NCBI GenBank assembly: GCA_038065695.1
Contig: JBBTQN010000017.1
Span: forward strand, 1 to 56,602
DNA: 56,602 nucleotides
From: Patescibacteria group bacterium
GTDB taxonomy: Bacteria > Patescibacteriota > Patescibacteriia > 2-01-FULL-39-33
Direction: 5' to 3'
The first letter of the stretch is position 1, and every line of letters starts with the position of its first letter. The notes below the pieces were generated by a model. It did not search any database. It was not told the DNA's origin and was given only the letters and a program-made list of their open reading frames with translations. This document shows, in pieces, positions 1 to 7,274 of the stretch. A program made the position numbers and the translations under genes.

Positions 1-92
1 GAGGCGAAGGAGAAGGAGAAGGAGAAGGAGAAGGAGAAGGAGAAGGCGAAGGCGAAGGAGAAGGAGAAGGAGAAGGAGAAGGCGAAGGAGAA
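1..92 (+). repeat. Coding hexamer repeat (GAAGGA/GAAGGC)n encoding a Gly-Glu linker
   Basis: About 15 GE units read directly in frame 3. Confidence 0.95.
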
Positions 93-1529
93 CTGATAGG
101 GTGCCACGAGCAAGACAATGCGAGCGTTCGGTTCGTCATCAACGAAACCGAGCAAAGCGTCTACTTCGGCCCCCATGGAACCTGCTTCACCGAACTCTTC
201 ATCGCCATGCCGAATGAAAACGTTTGCGGCATTACCCCGGTTGTCTGGGCAGTGCGCGCGGATGGCGGTGCTGATCTGGTGAATCTAGTAGGCACGCAAC
301 CGGTTATCCGCAATCCCGCCGGTCATGAGTTTGAAGGTGAAGCGCTTCCAATCGTCTTCAACCTGGAAAACTTCATTCCGGCTGGAACGGTTGGACTCCA
401 CATAACCTTTGCGGCGTTTAGCTGCGACACGCCCAATGCGGATTACTCCGACGGACGCTACTGGCTCTATGTGCCAGCTGTTCGCATGGGTCTGAACGAT
501 ACGTTCATGGACCCGGGAACGGCGTTGCTGAACGGTTCGCCTCTGCCACAAGCCATTGATTCGCAAGGACCGCTTGGCTATTGGGAAGTTCCGCTGGCAC
601 AGCCAATCCAACAGTTTACCTTGACCATTTCAGTGGTCGGGGAAGGCATAGTTAACGATGTTGCCGGCGTCTATGATGCTGGCACTGAAGTGACCGTAAC
701 CGCTGATCCTGATGATGGCTGGCAATTCGACCACTGGGAAGGCGACACCTCCAGCACCGCCAACCCGGTGACAATTACCATGAATGCCAATCGCTTCGTG
801 CGGGCGGTGTTTGTGGAAATACCATCGGGAACAGCACCCACTATTACTTCCCAACCGCAGTCGATTACGAGAAATGTCGGCCAATCGGCGACATTCTCGG
901 TATCGGCTTCAGGATCGTCGCCTCTGTCATACCAATGGCAGAAGCGAATCTTGAGCGACTGGGTAAGTGTGTTCGACGGCGCGTCTCCAATCTACACTAT
1001 CAGTTCGGTGACAACAGGCGACGCCGCAGGCGACGCCGGCGACTACCGCGTCAAAGTCACCAATCCTTTCGGAGAAGTGATTTCAAACGTGGCGACGCTA
1101 ACCGTGAACCCGGCCAATTTCGGCGAGCCCAGAGCCGAGTTTGTCCATTCTTCCGGGTCATCGACAATGACCTTTGATATCTGGACAGACAATCGGCCGC
1201 TTGCCGACCTTATCGCTCCGGCTTCCAATCTTCCGAGCTGGGCAGATTACGATGACGTTGCCGCGGTCGGCGTGGCTTTCTGGGTCGGTCCGCCGGTCTA
1301 TGAGGACCATCCGGCGACAATAAGCCGAGAGAATTTCTCCACCACCATTACCCTTACCGGCAGCGGTGGCGGCGGAAGCATCAACTTCGCCAACACGGAC
1401 GCGCGTTGCGTCCCCTATGTAGTTATTGGCGGTAACAGGTACTTTATAAACACAAGCGTGGTCGTTGGCACCTTAAACGGCGTCGTTATGACAAAAGACG
1501 ACGGCGACAACTACGACTACACACATTAA
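3..1529 (+). CDS. 5'-truncated surface protein: (GE)n linker, InlB B-repeat-like domain, Ig (I-set-like) domain, C-terminal unknown domain
   Basis: The frame of ORF 207..1529 stays open to the window edge (GEGEGE...ELIGCHEQDNASVRF...), so the true start is upstream. Contains FTLTISVVGEG...GWQFDHWEGD...NPVTITMNANRFVRAVF (B-repeat-like) and PTITSQPQS...PLSYQWQK...DAGDYRVKVTN (Ig). Confidence 0.85.
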   Translation, partial: GEGEGEGEGEGEGEGEGEGEGEGEGEGEGELIGCHEQDNASVRFVINETEQSVYFGPHGTCFTELFIAMPNENVCGITPVVWAVRADGGADLVNLVGTQPVIRNPAGHEFEGEALPIVFNLENFIPAGTVGLHITFAAFSCDTPNADYSDGRYWLYVPAVRMGLNDTFMDPGTALLNGSPLPQAIDSQGPLGYWEVPLAQPIQQFTLTISVVGEGIVNDVAGVYDAGTEVTVTADPDDGWQFDHWEGDTSSTANPVTITMNANRFVRAVFVEIPSGTAPTITSQPQSITRNVGQSATFSVSASGSSPLSYQWQKRILSDWVSVFDGASPIYTISSVTTGDAAGDAGDYRVKVTNPFGEVISNVATLTVNPANFGEPRAEFVHSSGSSTMTFDIWTDNRPLADLIAPASNLPSWADYDDVAAVGVAFWVGPPVYEDHPATISRENFSTTITLTGSGGGGSINFANTDARCVPYVVIGGNRYFINTSVVVGTLNGVVMTKDDGDNYDYTH

Positions 1530-1570
1530 GCGCGGAGTTCGAGACGCGAGGGTGCTCTCTTCTCCACTTC

Positions 1571-1608
1571 GGGCAGTGTGAATCAGATTCACACTGCCCT
1601 CTTTTTTT
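1571..1608 (+). terminator. Intrinsic terminator
   Basis: GGGCAGTGTGAATC-A-GATTCACACTGCCC followed by a T-tract. Confidence 0.85.
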
Positions 1609-1619
1609 GTTAAAAATTC

Positions 1620-1682
1620 ACCCCGTTAAGTAAAAAATCCTTTCAGGATTTTTTGGCGGCGAAGCCGCCTACTTAACGGGGT
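1620..1682. repeat. REP-like palindromic element, ACCCCGTTA...TAACGGGGT family, copy 1
   Basis: 13-bp terminal IR enclosing two hairpins; one mismatch relative to the copy at 5390-5452. Confidence 0.9.
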
Positions 1683-1712
1683 AAAGAATATAAAAACATA
1701 AAAACAAAATTA

Positions 1713-1742
1713 TTGACAAAAATAATTATCTGCTGTTAAATA
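1713..1742 (+). promoter_or_regulatory. Putative sigma70 promoter for the ncRNA candidate
   Basis: TTGACA at 1713-1718; TG-n-TAAATA / TTAAAT -10-like region at 1734-1742. Confidence 0.6.
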
Positions 1743-1748
1743 ATGTCA

Positions 1749-1989
1749 GTTTCAATCGGATTATTGCCGAACGCCGGGAATCGGTGACGGCGTAGGAACT
1801 GAGGCGTCCTGGGGTGGGTTTAAGGTTAAGCGCTTAATCTTTAAACCTTCAATGGAAAAAAGTGACCATACCGAAACACGAACCTCAACGTACGACGTGA
1901 TTAGGTGGTTTATTAAGAGGGGGCAGACCCCTCAATTGGAAAAAGTCCCCAAGCATGGTCGGAAACATGCCAATAATCCGGTTTGAAAT
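1749..1989 (+). ncRNA. Candidate standalone structured ncRNA (~240 nt), family unassigned
   Basis: Long closing stem (1750-1766 with 1971-1988), at least five internal helices, own promoter upstream and terminator downstream. Confidence 0.65.
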
Positions 1990-1990
1990 C

Positions 1991-2019
1991 AAGCCAGCCA
2001 AAGAATTGGCTGGCTTTTT
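1991..2019 (+). terminator. Intrinsic terminator
   Basis: AAGCCAGCCAA-AGAA-TTGGCTGGCTT followed by T residues. Confidence 0.85.
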
Positions 2020-2025
2020 CTAAAC

Positions 2026-2054
2026 TTGACAAAAATCATAATATCCTATACAAT
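2026..2054 (+). promoter_or_regulatory. sigma70 promoter
   Basis: TTGACA-17 bp-TACAAT. Confidence 0.75.
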
Positions 2055-2123
2055 AACCCGTTAAACAAAAAATGGGTTTTTGTTTAAGAAACTTAACAAT
2101 TAGAGGAAAAAGGAGGAAAGACA

Positions 2124-3386
2124 ATGAAAAAGGCAGTTTTGTTGGCGTTAGTCTTGGCGATATATTCCGGCGCCGCTTGGTCGGCCAGAATTGACTACTG
2201 GGTGATTGACGACGGCTCCGCGAGCTTGAAGATTTTACAGCAACTTGACGCCGAAGGCGTTTCGCTGGAATCGCTTTTGGCGGTTCCACCGACGCCAGCG
2301 CTGACTTGGAATGATGTCCAAAAAATCGGCACGCTCTTTATGTTTGAAACGGCGCCGTGGGGCTGTTTTGACGACGCGGCGCCAAACAATTGGCAGGTTA
2401 TTCTCGACGGCCAAGGAAAAAATTGGAGCGGGGCCAATGTCAGCTTCACCGTCAACAATTCCTTAACCGCCAGAACCGTGCCTCACGCGGTAATCGGCGG
2501 CCAGAATTATTTCTTCAACACCGACCCAGATGGCCCGGCTAAGCTGGTCGCTTATCTGCACGGCAACCCCATCAATCTAAACGACTTTGGCGAATACGAA
2601 TTCAGTTTGTCAGGCATCACCCCGATCGTGAAGCCGACCATTACGACTCATCCGGTTTCGCAAATAGTCGCTCAAGGAGCAAGCGTAACATTTTCCGTTG
2701 TCGCGACCGGCACATTACCTCTCGTCTACCAATGGAAAAAAGACGGGGCCAATGTCGGCGCGAATTCACCCGATCTTGTCATCGCTTCGGTGGCTAATGC
2801 CGATGCCGGAAGCTACACTTGTATTGTCAGCAATTTGGCGGGCAGCGCGACTTCAAACGCCGCCATTTTGACGGTCACCGAACCGCCGGGCCGAGGCGAA
2901 ATCAATATCACGCACGGCGAGGATACCAATCTGCTCATCGCCATAAACATCACGGGCGATATCGAAGATGTAATCCCGGGCATTTCCGATGTCTCGCAAA
3001 TCAAACGTCTCGGCGCCAGTTATGTGGTCTGGGACGACGCGTCATTAAGTGAAAGGCAAGTCCATTCTTCACAGGAAGTGGTTATCACTGGCTGGCCAAT
3101 GACCATTCAGATCCCGAGCTTCGGCCGACCGGCGATGCAAATGAAATTATTTGCCATTGACCAAAACCGAGAAGTGCATTATTTCTCGATGGCAAACTGC
3201 CGCGGCGTCTTGGAGGCCTTACCGCCATTTTTTGAGGGCGGCGAACTCCAACTCGTCAATGGTTTCTGGCAGCTTCAATTGCCGGCCCAGCCATTGCCGT
3301 GGGGCAATGTTTGGTGGCTAACCATCGCGATAATCGCGGCCGCTTTGTTCGCGATAAGGCGGACGAGAAAACTAAGTACCAATTGA
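2124..3386 (+). CDS. Secreted Ig-domain surface protein with C-terminal TM and basic tail
   Basis: AGGAGG SD; signal peptide (AAWSA); PTITTHPVSQ...YQWKKDG...DAGSYTCIVSN Ig domain; C-terminus PLPWGNVWWLTIAIIAAALFAIRRTRK. Confidence 0.85.
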   Translation: MKKAVLLALVLAIYSGAAWSARIDYWVIDDGSASLKILQQLDAEGVSLESLLAVPPTPALTWNDVQKIGTLFMFETAPWGCFDDAAPNNWQVILDGQGKNWSGANVSFTVNNSLTARTVPHAVIGGQNYFFNTDPDGPAKLVAYLHGNPINLNDFGEYEFSLSGITPIVKPTITTHPVSQIVAQGASVTFSVVATGTLPLVYQWKKDGANVGANSPDLVIASVANADAGSYTCIVSNLAGSATSNAAILTVTEPPGRGEINITHGEDTNLLIAINITGDIEDVIPGISDVSQIKRLGASYVVWDDASLSERQVHSSQEVVITGWPMTIQIPSFGRPAMQMKLFAIDQNREVHYFSMANCRGVLEALPPFFEGGELQLVNGFWQLQLPAQPLPWGNVWWLTIAIIAAALFAIRRTRKLSTN

Positions 3387-3394
3387 ACAAATAT

Positions 3395-3447
3395 GGGCAG
3401 AGCGAGAACGCTTGAAAGCAAGCTTCTCCTCTGCCCTATTTTTATTT
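3395..3447 (+). terminator. Intrinsic terminator
   Basis: GGGCAGAG...CTCTGCCC stem followed by TATTTTTATTT. Confidence 0.7.
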
Positions 3448-3559
3448 AAAAATATAAAAATACAAGAATATAAAAATATAACAACAAAAAATTTGCCTAT
3501 ATTTTATAATTCAAAATTCTATTATTCAACATTAGATATTTAAAATCAAAAAATCGCCA

Positions 3560-3588
3560 TTGACAAAATTTTTTAAAAATGCTAAGAT
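3560..3588 (+). promoter_or_regulatory. sigma70 promoter
   Basis: TTGACA-17 bp-TAAGAT with extended TG. Confidence 0.7.
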
Positions 3589-3628
3589 AAAACATTAAAA
3601 AAACAACCCAAAAATGGGCTAAAAAACT

Positions 3629-4807
3629 ATGAAAATCGCGTTTATTGGACAAAAAGGCATTCCCGCCCACCAAGGCGGAATCGAAAAACACGTTGAAGAG
3701 CTTAGCCTCCGATTGGCTAAAGCCGGCTTTGATATCACCGTTTATTCGCGGCCTGCCTACACTAAAAATCACCAAACTAAATATCAAGGCGTTAAAATTG
3801 TCAATTTGCCCTCCATTAAAACCAAGCATCTTGACGCGATTACTCACACCTTTATTTCTTCCCTTCATTCATTATTCCAAGATTATGACGTTATTCATTA
3901 TCACGGCGTTGGTCCGGCTTTGCTCTCGTTCATTCCGCGCGTTTTCAAACCGCGCGCCAAAGTGATTGTCACCTTTCACTGCATTGACCGCCAGCACCAA
4001 AAATGGGGCGCTTTCGCCCGGCTGATGCTTGGGCTTGGCGAATGGGCGGCTTGCCGTTTTCCTCACGAAACCATTGTCGTCTCCCAGACGCTTAAAAAAT
4101 ACTGCCGCTATCGTTTTGATAAGGAGACCAGCTACATTCCCAACGGTGTGGATATTAAAAATATAAAAATACAAGAATATAAAAATATAAAAAATCAAAC
4201 CTTAAAAAAATATAATTTAACCAAAAATAATTATTTTTTGGTTGTCTCCCGCCTAATCCAACATAAAGGTATTCATACTTTGATTAAGGCGTACCAAAAA
4301 ATCTCCGCCAGAGGCGGATCCGCCTGTGGCGGAAAAAAACTGGTCATTGTCGGCGACGGCGCCAACACTAATAATTATGTCAGCCGGCTTAAAGAACTTG
4401 CCGCCGGCAATCCCGACATTATTTTCACCGGCCAAAAATCCGGCCTTGATTTGGAAACTTTGTTTAAAAATGCTTACCTCTTCATCCAACCATCTGAAGC
4501 GGAAGGTTTGTCAATCGCGCTTTTGGAAGCGATGTCTTTCGGCGCACCGGTTTTAATCAGCAATATTGAAGAAAATCAGGAAGCCACCGACGGTTTGGCT
4601 TTGGAATTCAAAAATAAAAACGTGAACGACTTGGCTCGCCAGCTTAATTTCGCCGTCAAGCACCCGAATCAGCTCAAGAAACAAGCGGCTTTGGCCAAGC
4701 GCCACACCGGCAAAAACCACAATTGGGACGACATTGTCAAACAGACTGTCGAAATTTATCGACAGGAATTGATTGGAAAAAAAGAGTTGAAATATAGCGA
4801 AGTTTAA
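3629..4807 (+). CDS. Glycosyltransferase family 4 (GT-B)
   Basis: MKIAFIGQKGIPAHQGGIEKHVEEL; YIPNGVD; PSEAEGLSIALLEAMSFG (EX7E motif). Confidence 0.95.
   Translation: MKIAFIGQKGIPAHQGGIEKHVEELSLRLAKAGFDITVYSRPAYTKNHQTKYQGVKIVNLPSIKTKHLDAITHTFISSLHSLFQDYDVIHYHGVGPALLSFIPRVFKPRAKVIVTFHCIDRQHQKWGAFARLMLGLGEWAACRFPHETIVVSQTLKKYCRYRFDKETSYIPNGVDIKNIKIQEYKNIKNQTLKKYNLTKNNYFLVVSRLIQHKGIHTLIKAYQKISARGGSACGGKKLVIVGDGANTNNYVSRLKELAAGNPDIIFTGQKSGLDLETLFKNAYLFIQPSEAEGLSIALLEAMSFGAPVLISNIEENQEATDGLALEFKNKNVNDLARQLNFAVKHPNQLKKQAALAKRHTGKNHNWDDIVKQTVEIYRQELIGKKELKYSEV
4304..4333. repeat. Tandem TCCGCC-nnn-GGCGGA palindromes inserted in frame (SARGGSACGG)
   Basis: Two 15-bp units; the same unit occurs at 29717, 49528 and 49867. 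Confidence 0.85.
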
Positions 4808-4813
4808 AAGTTC

Positions 4814-4872
4814 ACCCCGTTAAATACCTTCGCTAAAGGCGAAAGTGCGCCGAAGACGTTATTTAACGGGGT
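4814..4872. repeat. REP-like ACCCCGTTA...TAACGGGGT element, divergent copy
   Basis: ACCCCGTTAAATA / TATTTAACGGGGT terminal IR with a different interior. Confidence 0.85.
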
Positions 4873-4875
4873 AAA

Positions 4876-4948
4876 TAAAGTTATAAAGTTTATAAAGTAA
4901 GGCAACGAGTCATCTCCGACTTTTAACTTTACAAACTTTATAACTTTA
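4876..4948. repeat. Inverted short-tandem-array element (TAAAGTT-type units)
   Basis: 23-bp arms (4876-4898 and 4926-4948) with one mismatch. Confidence 0.8.
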
Positions 4949-4989
4949 TACTGAATAGGACATTGACAACCAAAAAGGAGGGATGAGAA

Positions 4990-5154
4990 GTGTATGTATT
5001 TATGATGTTTTTTGTGTTTATGTCTGTCGTGTTCTATCTTGCTTTCCGAGTCCTCGTCTTTGAAGTCAGAACTCTCGCCGAAGCCGTCCGAGAACTCAAC
5101 AGAACAATCAAATCGTTCGTGGAAAAAGACAAGAAACTGAAAAAGGAGGAATAA
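4990..5154 (+). CDS. Small single-TM protein (54 aa, GTG start)
   Basis: AGGAGG SD; MYVFMMFFVFMSVVFYLAFRVLVFEVRTLAEAVRELNRTIKSFVEKDKKLKKEE; below the ORF-track cutoff. Confidence 0.65.
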   Translation: MYVFMMFFVFMSVVFYLAFRVLVFEVRTLAEAVRELNRTIKSFVEKDKKLKKEE

Positions 5155-5157
5155 ACG

Positions 5158-5343
5158 ATGATGGAGATTATTTCAATCACATTTATAGTAATCGCCGCAG
5201 TTTTGCTCTTGATGTGTAATATCTTGATTAAGGTCGGTAAGTCAATACTCCTTCTCGCTGAAAGCGCCTTATCGCTTTCGAAACAATAGACAACCACCCA
5301 AGAAGCGATAGGAAAAATTCTTGAGTACTTAGCCAAGAAATAA
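5158..5343 (+). pseudogene. Small single-TM protein with in-frame TAG at 5287
   Basis: AGGAGG SD; 43 codons, TAG, then 17 more sense codons to TAA just before the terminator. Confidence 0.5.
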
Positions 5344-5353
5344 TAACACCCCA

Positions 5354-5389
5354 CCCGGCGGACAAAGCTGTCCGCCGGGCGTTTTTTTT
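5354..5389 (+). terminator. Intrinsic terminator
   Basis: CCCGGCGGACA-AAGC-TGTCCGCCGGG followed by a T-tract. Confidence 0.85.
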
Positions 5390-5452
5390 ACCCCGTTAAG
5401 TAAAAAATCCTTCCAGGATTTTTTGGCGGCGAAGCCGCCTACTTAACGGGGT
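5390..5452. repeat. REP-like ACCCCGTTA...TAACGGGGT element, copy 2
   Basis: Near-identical to 1620-1682. Confidence 0.9.
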
Positions 5453-5534
5453 GAATTTTTATTTACCACTTTTGTATTTTTCTCTCTTTTTATGTTATAA
5501 TAAACATTAGAAATCTTATTTTGAAGGCGACAAA

Positions 5535-7259
5535 ATGATCAATCAAAAAGATTTAGAAGAAATCCTCGTCCAAAACAAAATTTTGGACGAAAAACAAATC
5601 AAGGATTTCACCGATCAAGCCAGAAAGCAGAAAAACTCGCTGGAAGATTTTTTAGTGGAAAAAAAGGTAATTTCGCCTGATTTGCTTTATGAAACCGCCG
5701 CCAAATACTACAAACTACCCTTCATTGACTTGAAAAATCGAAACATCAGAAAAGACATCCTTAATCTCATTCCGGAAATCACGGCCCAAGCCCATCACAC
5801 CGTCGCTTTTGACCGAAACGAAAAAGAGCTGATGGTCGCCACTTTGGACATATCAAACATAGAGCTTTTTGATTTCTTAGCCAAAAAAACCCAGCTGGAA
5901 ATCCAGCTCCACTTGACCGGCCCGGACAGCATCCGCGAGGCCTTGAAGCTTTATCGCAAAGGCCTTTCGGCGGAATTCCAAGAAATAGAAAAAGCCGAGG
6001 ACGCGGACGGCGAAAAGCCGGAAAAATTGAAAAATCTCGCCCAAGACCTGCCGATTGTCCGCATCGTGGACACGCTCCTGGAATACGCGATTTTGGAGAA
6101 GGCCTCGGATATCCATATTGAGCCGGCGGAAAAAGAAGTCAACATCCGCTATCGCGTGGACGGCATTTTGCGCAATGTGATGACTCTGCCGAAAAACACC
6201 CACGCCGGCGTCATCGCGAGAATCAAAATCCTTTCCAATCTGAAACTGGACGAACATCGCCTGCCCCAAGACGGCCGCTTCAAAATCAAAACCAACGAAT
6301 ACCAAGTATCTTTTCGCGTTTCTATCATTCCCACTTTTGACGGCGAAAAAATCGTCCTGCGCTTACTCCCCGAGCAGACCCAACAGCTCACTTTGGACCA
6401 GTTGGGGTTCCAGCCGAAAGTTTTGGAAATCGTCAAAAGAAGCATCGCCAAGCCCCACGGCATTATCCTCGTCACCGGCCCGACCGGCTCCGGCAAGACG
6501 ACCACGCTTTATTCCATTTTGGGCGTCTTAAACAAGCCGGAAGTCAACATCTCCACCATTGAAGACCCGATTGAATACCGAATGCCCGGCATCAACCAAA
6601 GCCAAGTCCAGCCGAAAATCGGCTTCAACTTCGCCACCGGGCTGCGTTCGTTTTTGCGCCAAGACCCGAACATTATCATGGTCGGCGAAATCCGCGACAT
6701 GGAAACCGCCGACATTGCCATTAACGCCGCGATGACCGGTCACTTGGTCTTGTCCACCCTCCACACCAATGACGCGGTCACCGCCATCCCCCGCCTCACC
6801 GACATGAAAGTCCCGACTTTTCTCATCGCTTCCACCGTCACCCTGGTGCTCGCCCAGCGCTTAGTCAGAAAAATTTGTAAAAATTGCATTGAAAGCTACA
6901 ACCTAGATAAAAAAACCATTGAAGAACTGGCCAAGCAGTTTAATTTGGATAAACTGGAAAAAAATTTAATCAAACAGGGACAGATGGAGGCCAAACAAAA
7001 TATCAGCTCCATTCTTTTTTATCGCGGCAAGGGCTGCCAGCAATGCAACAATACGGGATACAAGGGCCGCTTGGGCATCTACGAAGCTTTGGAAACCGAC
7101 GAGCAAATCGCCGATATGATCATTAAAAAAGCGACCCGCGACGAGCTCCAAAAAATCGCCATTGAAAAAGGGATGATTACTCTCCTTCAAGACGGTTTCA
7201 TTAAAGCCAAAAACGGCATCACGACGATTGAAGAAGTACTGCGGGTGACGCAGGAATAA
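5535..7259 (+). CDS. pilB: Type IV pilus assembly ATPase (PilB/GspE)
   Basis: ASDIHIEP, PQDGRF, GPTGSGKTTTLY, TIEDPIEY, LRQDPNIIMVGEIRD, GHLVLSTLHTN, CxxC pairs. Confidence 0.96.
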   Translation: MINQKDLEEILVQNKILDEKQIKDFTDQARKQKNSLEDFLVEKKVISPDLLYETAAKYYKLPFIDLKNRNIRKDILNLIPEITAQAHHTVAFDRNEKELMVATLDISNIELFDFLAKKTQLEIQLHLTGPDSIREALKLYRKGLSAEFQEIEKAEDADGEKPEKLKNLAQDLPIVRIVDTLLEYAILEKASDIHIEPAEKEVNIRYRVDGILRNVMTLPKNTHAGVIARIKILSNLKLDEHRLPQDGRFKIKTNEYQVSFRVSIIPTFDGEKIVLRLLPEQTQQLTLDQLGFQPKVLEIVKRSIAKPHGIILVTGPTGSGKTTTLYSILGVLNKPEVNISTIEDPIEYRMPGINQSQVQPKIGFNFATGLRSFLRQDPNIIMVGEIRDMETADIAINAAMTGHLVLSTLHTNDAVTAIPRLTDMKVPTFLIASTVTLVLAQRLVRKICKNCIESYNLDKKTIEELAKQFNLDKLEKNLIKQGQMEAKQNISSILFYRGKGCQQCNNTGYKGRLGIYEALETDEQIADMIIKKATRDELQKIAIEKGMITLLQDGFIKAKNGITTIEEVLRVTQE

Positions 7260-7274
7260 ACAAATAAATTTACC

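Noticed and set aside
1764-1815. Resemblance to the 5' half of the c-di-AMP (ydaO) riboswitch (TTGCCGAA...ACGG..AGGAAC...TGGGGT)
   Set aside because: The conserved 3' half (CCCG..CCCG.CAGCTAAC..CG) is absent, and the downstream gene has its own promoter
1938-1950. GGAAAAAGTCCCC resembling the RNase P GAGGAAAGTCC motif
   Set aside because: It lies near the 3' end and has no matching P4 partner or other conserved regions in the right order
5287-5289. Stop-codon reassignment (alternative genetic code)
   Set aside because: Conserved genes are intact in code 11 and TGA, TAG and TAA all terminate genes
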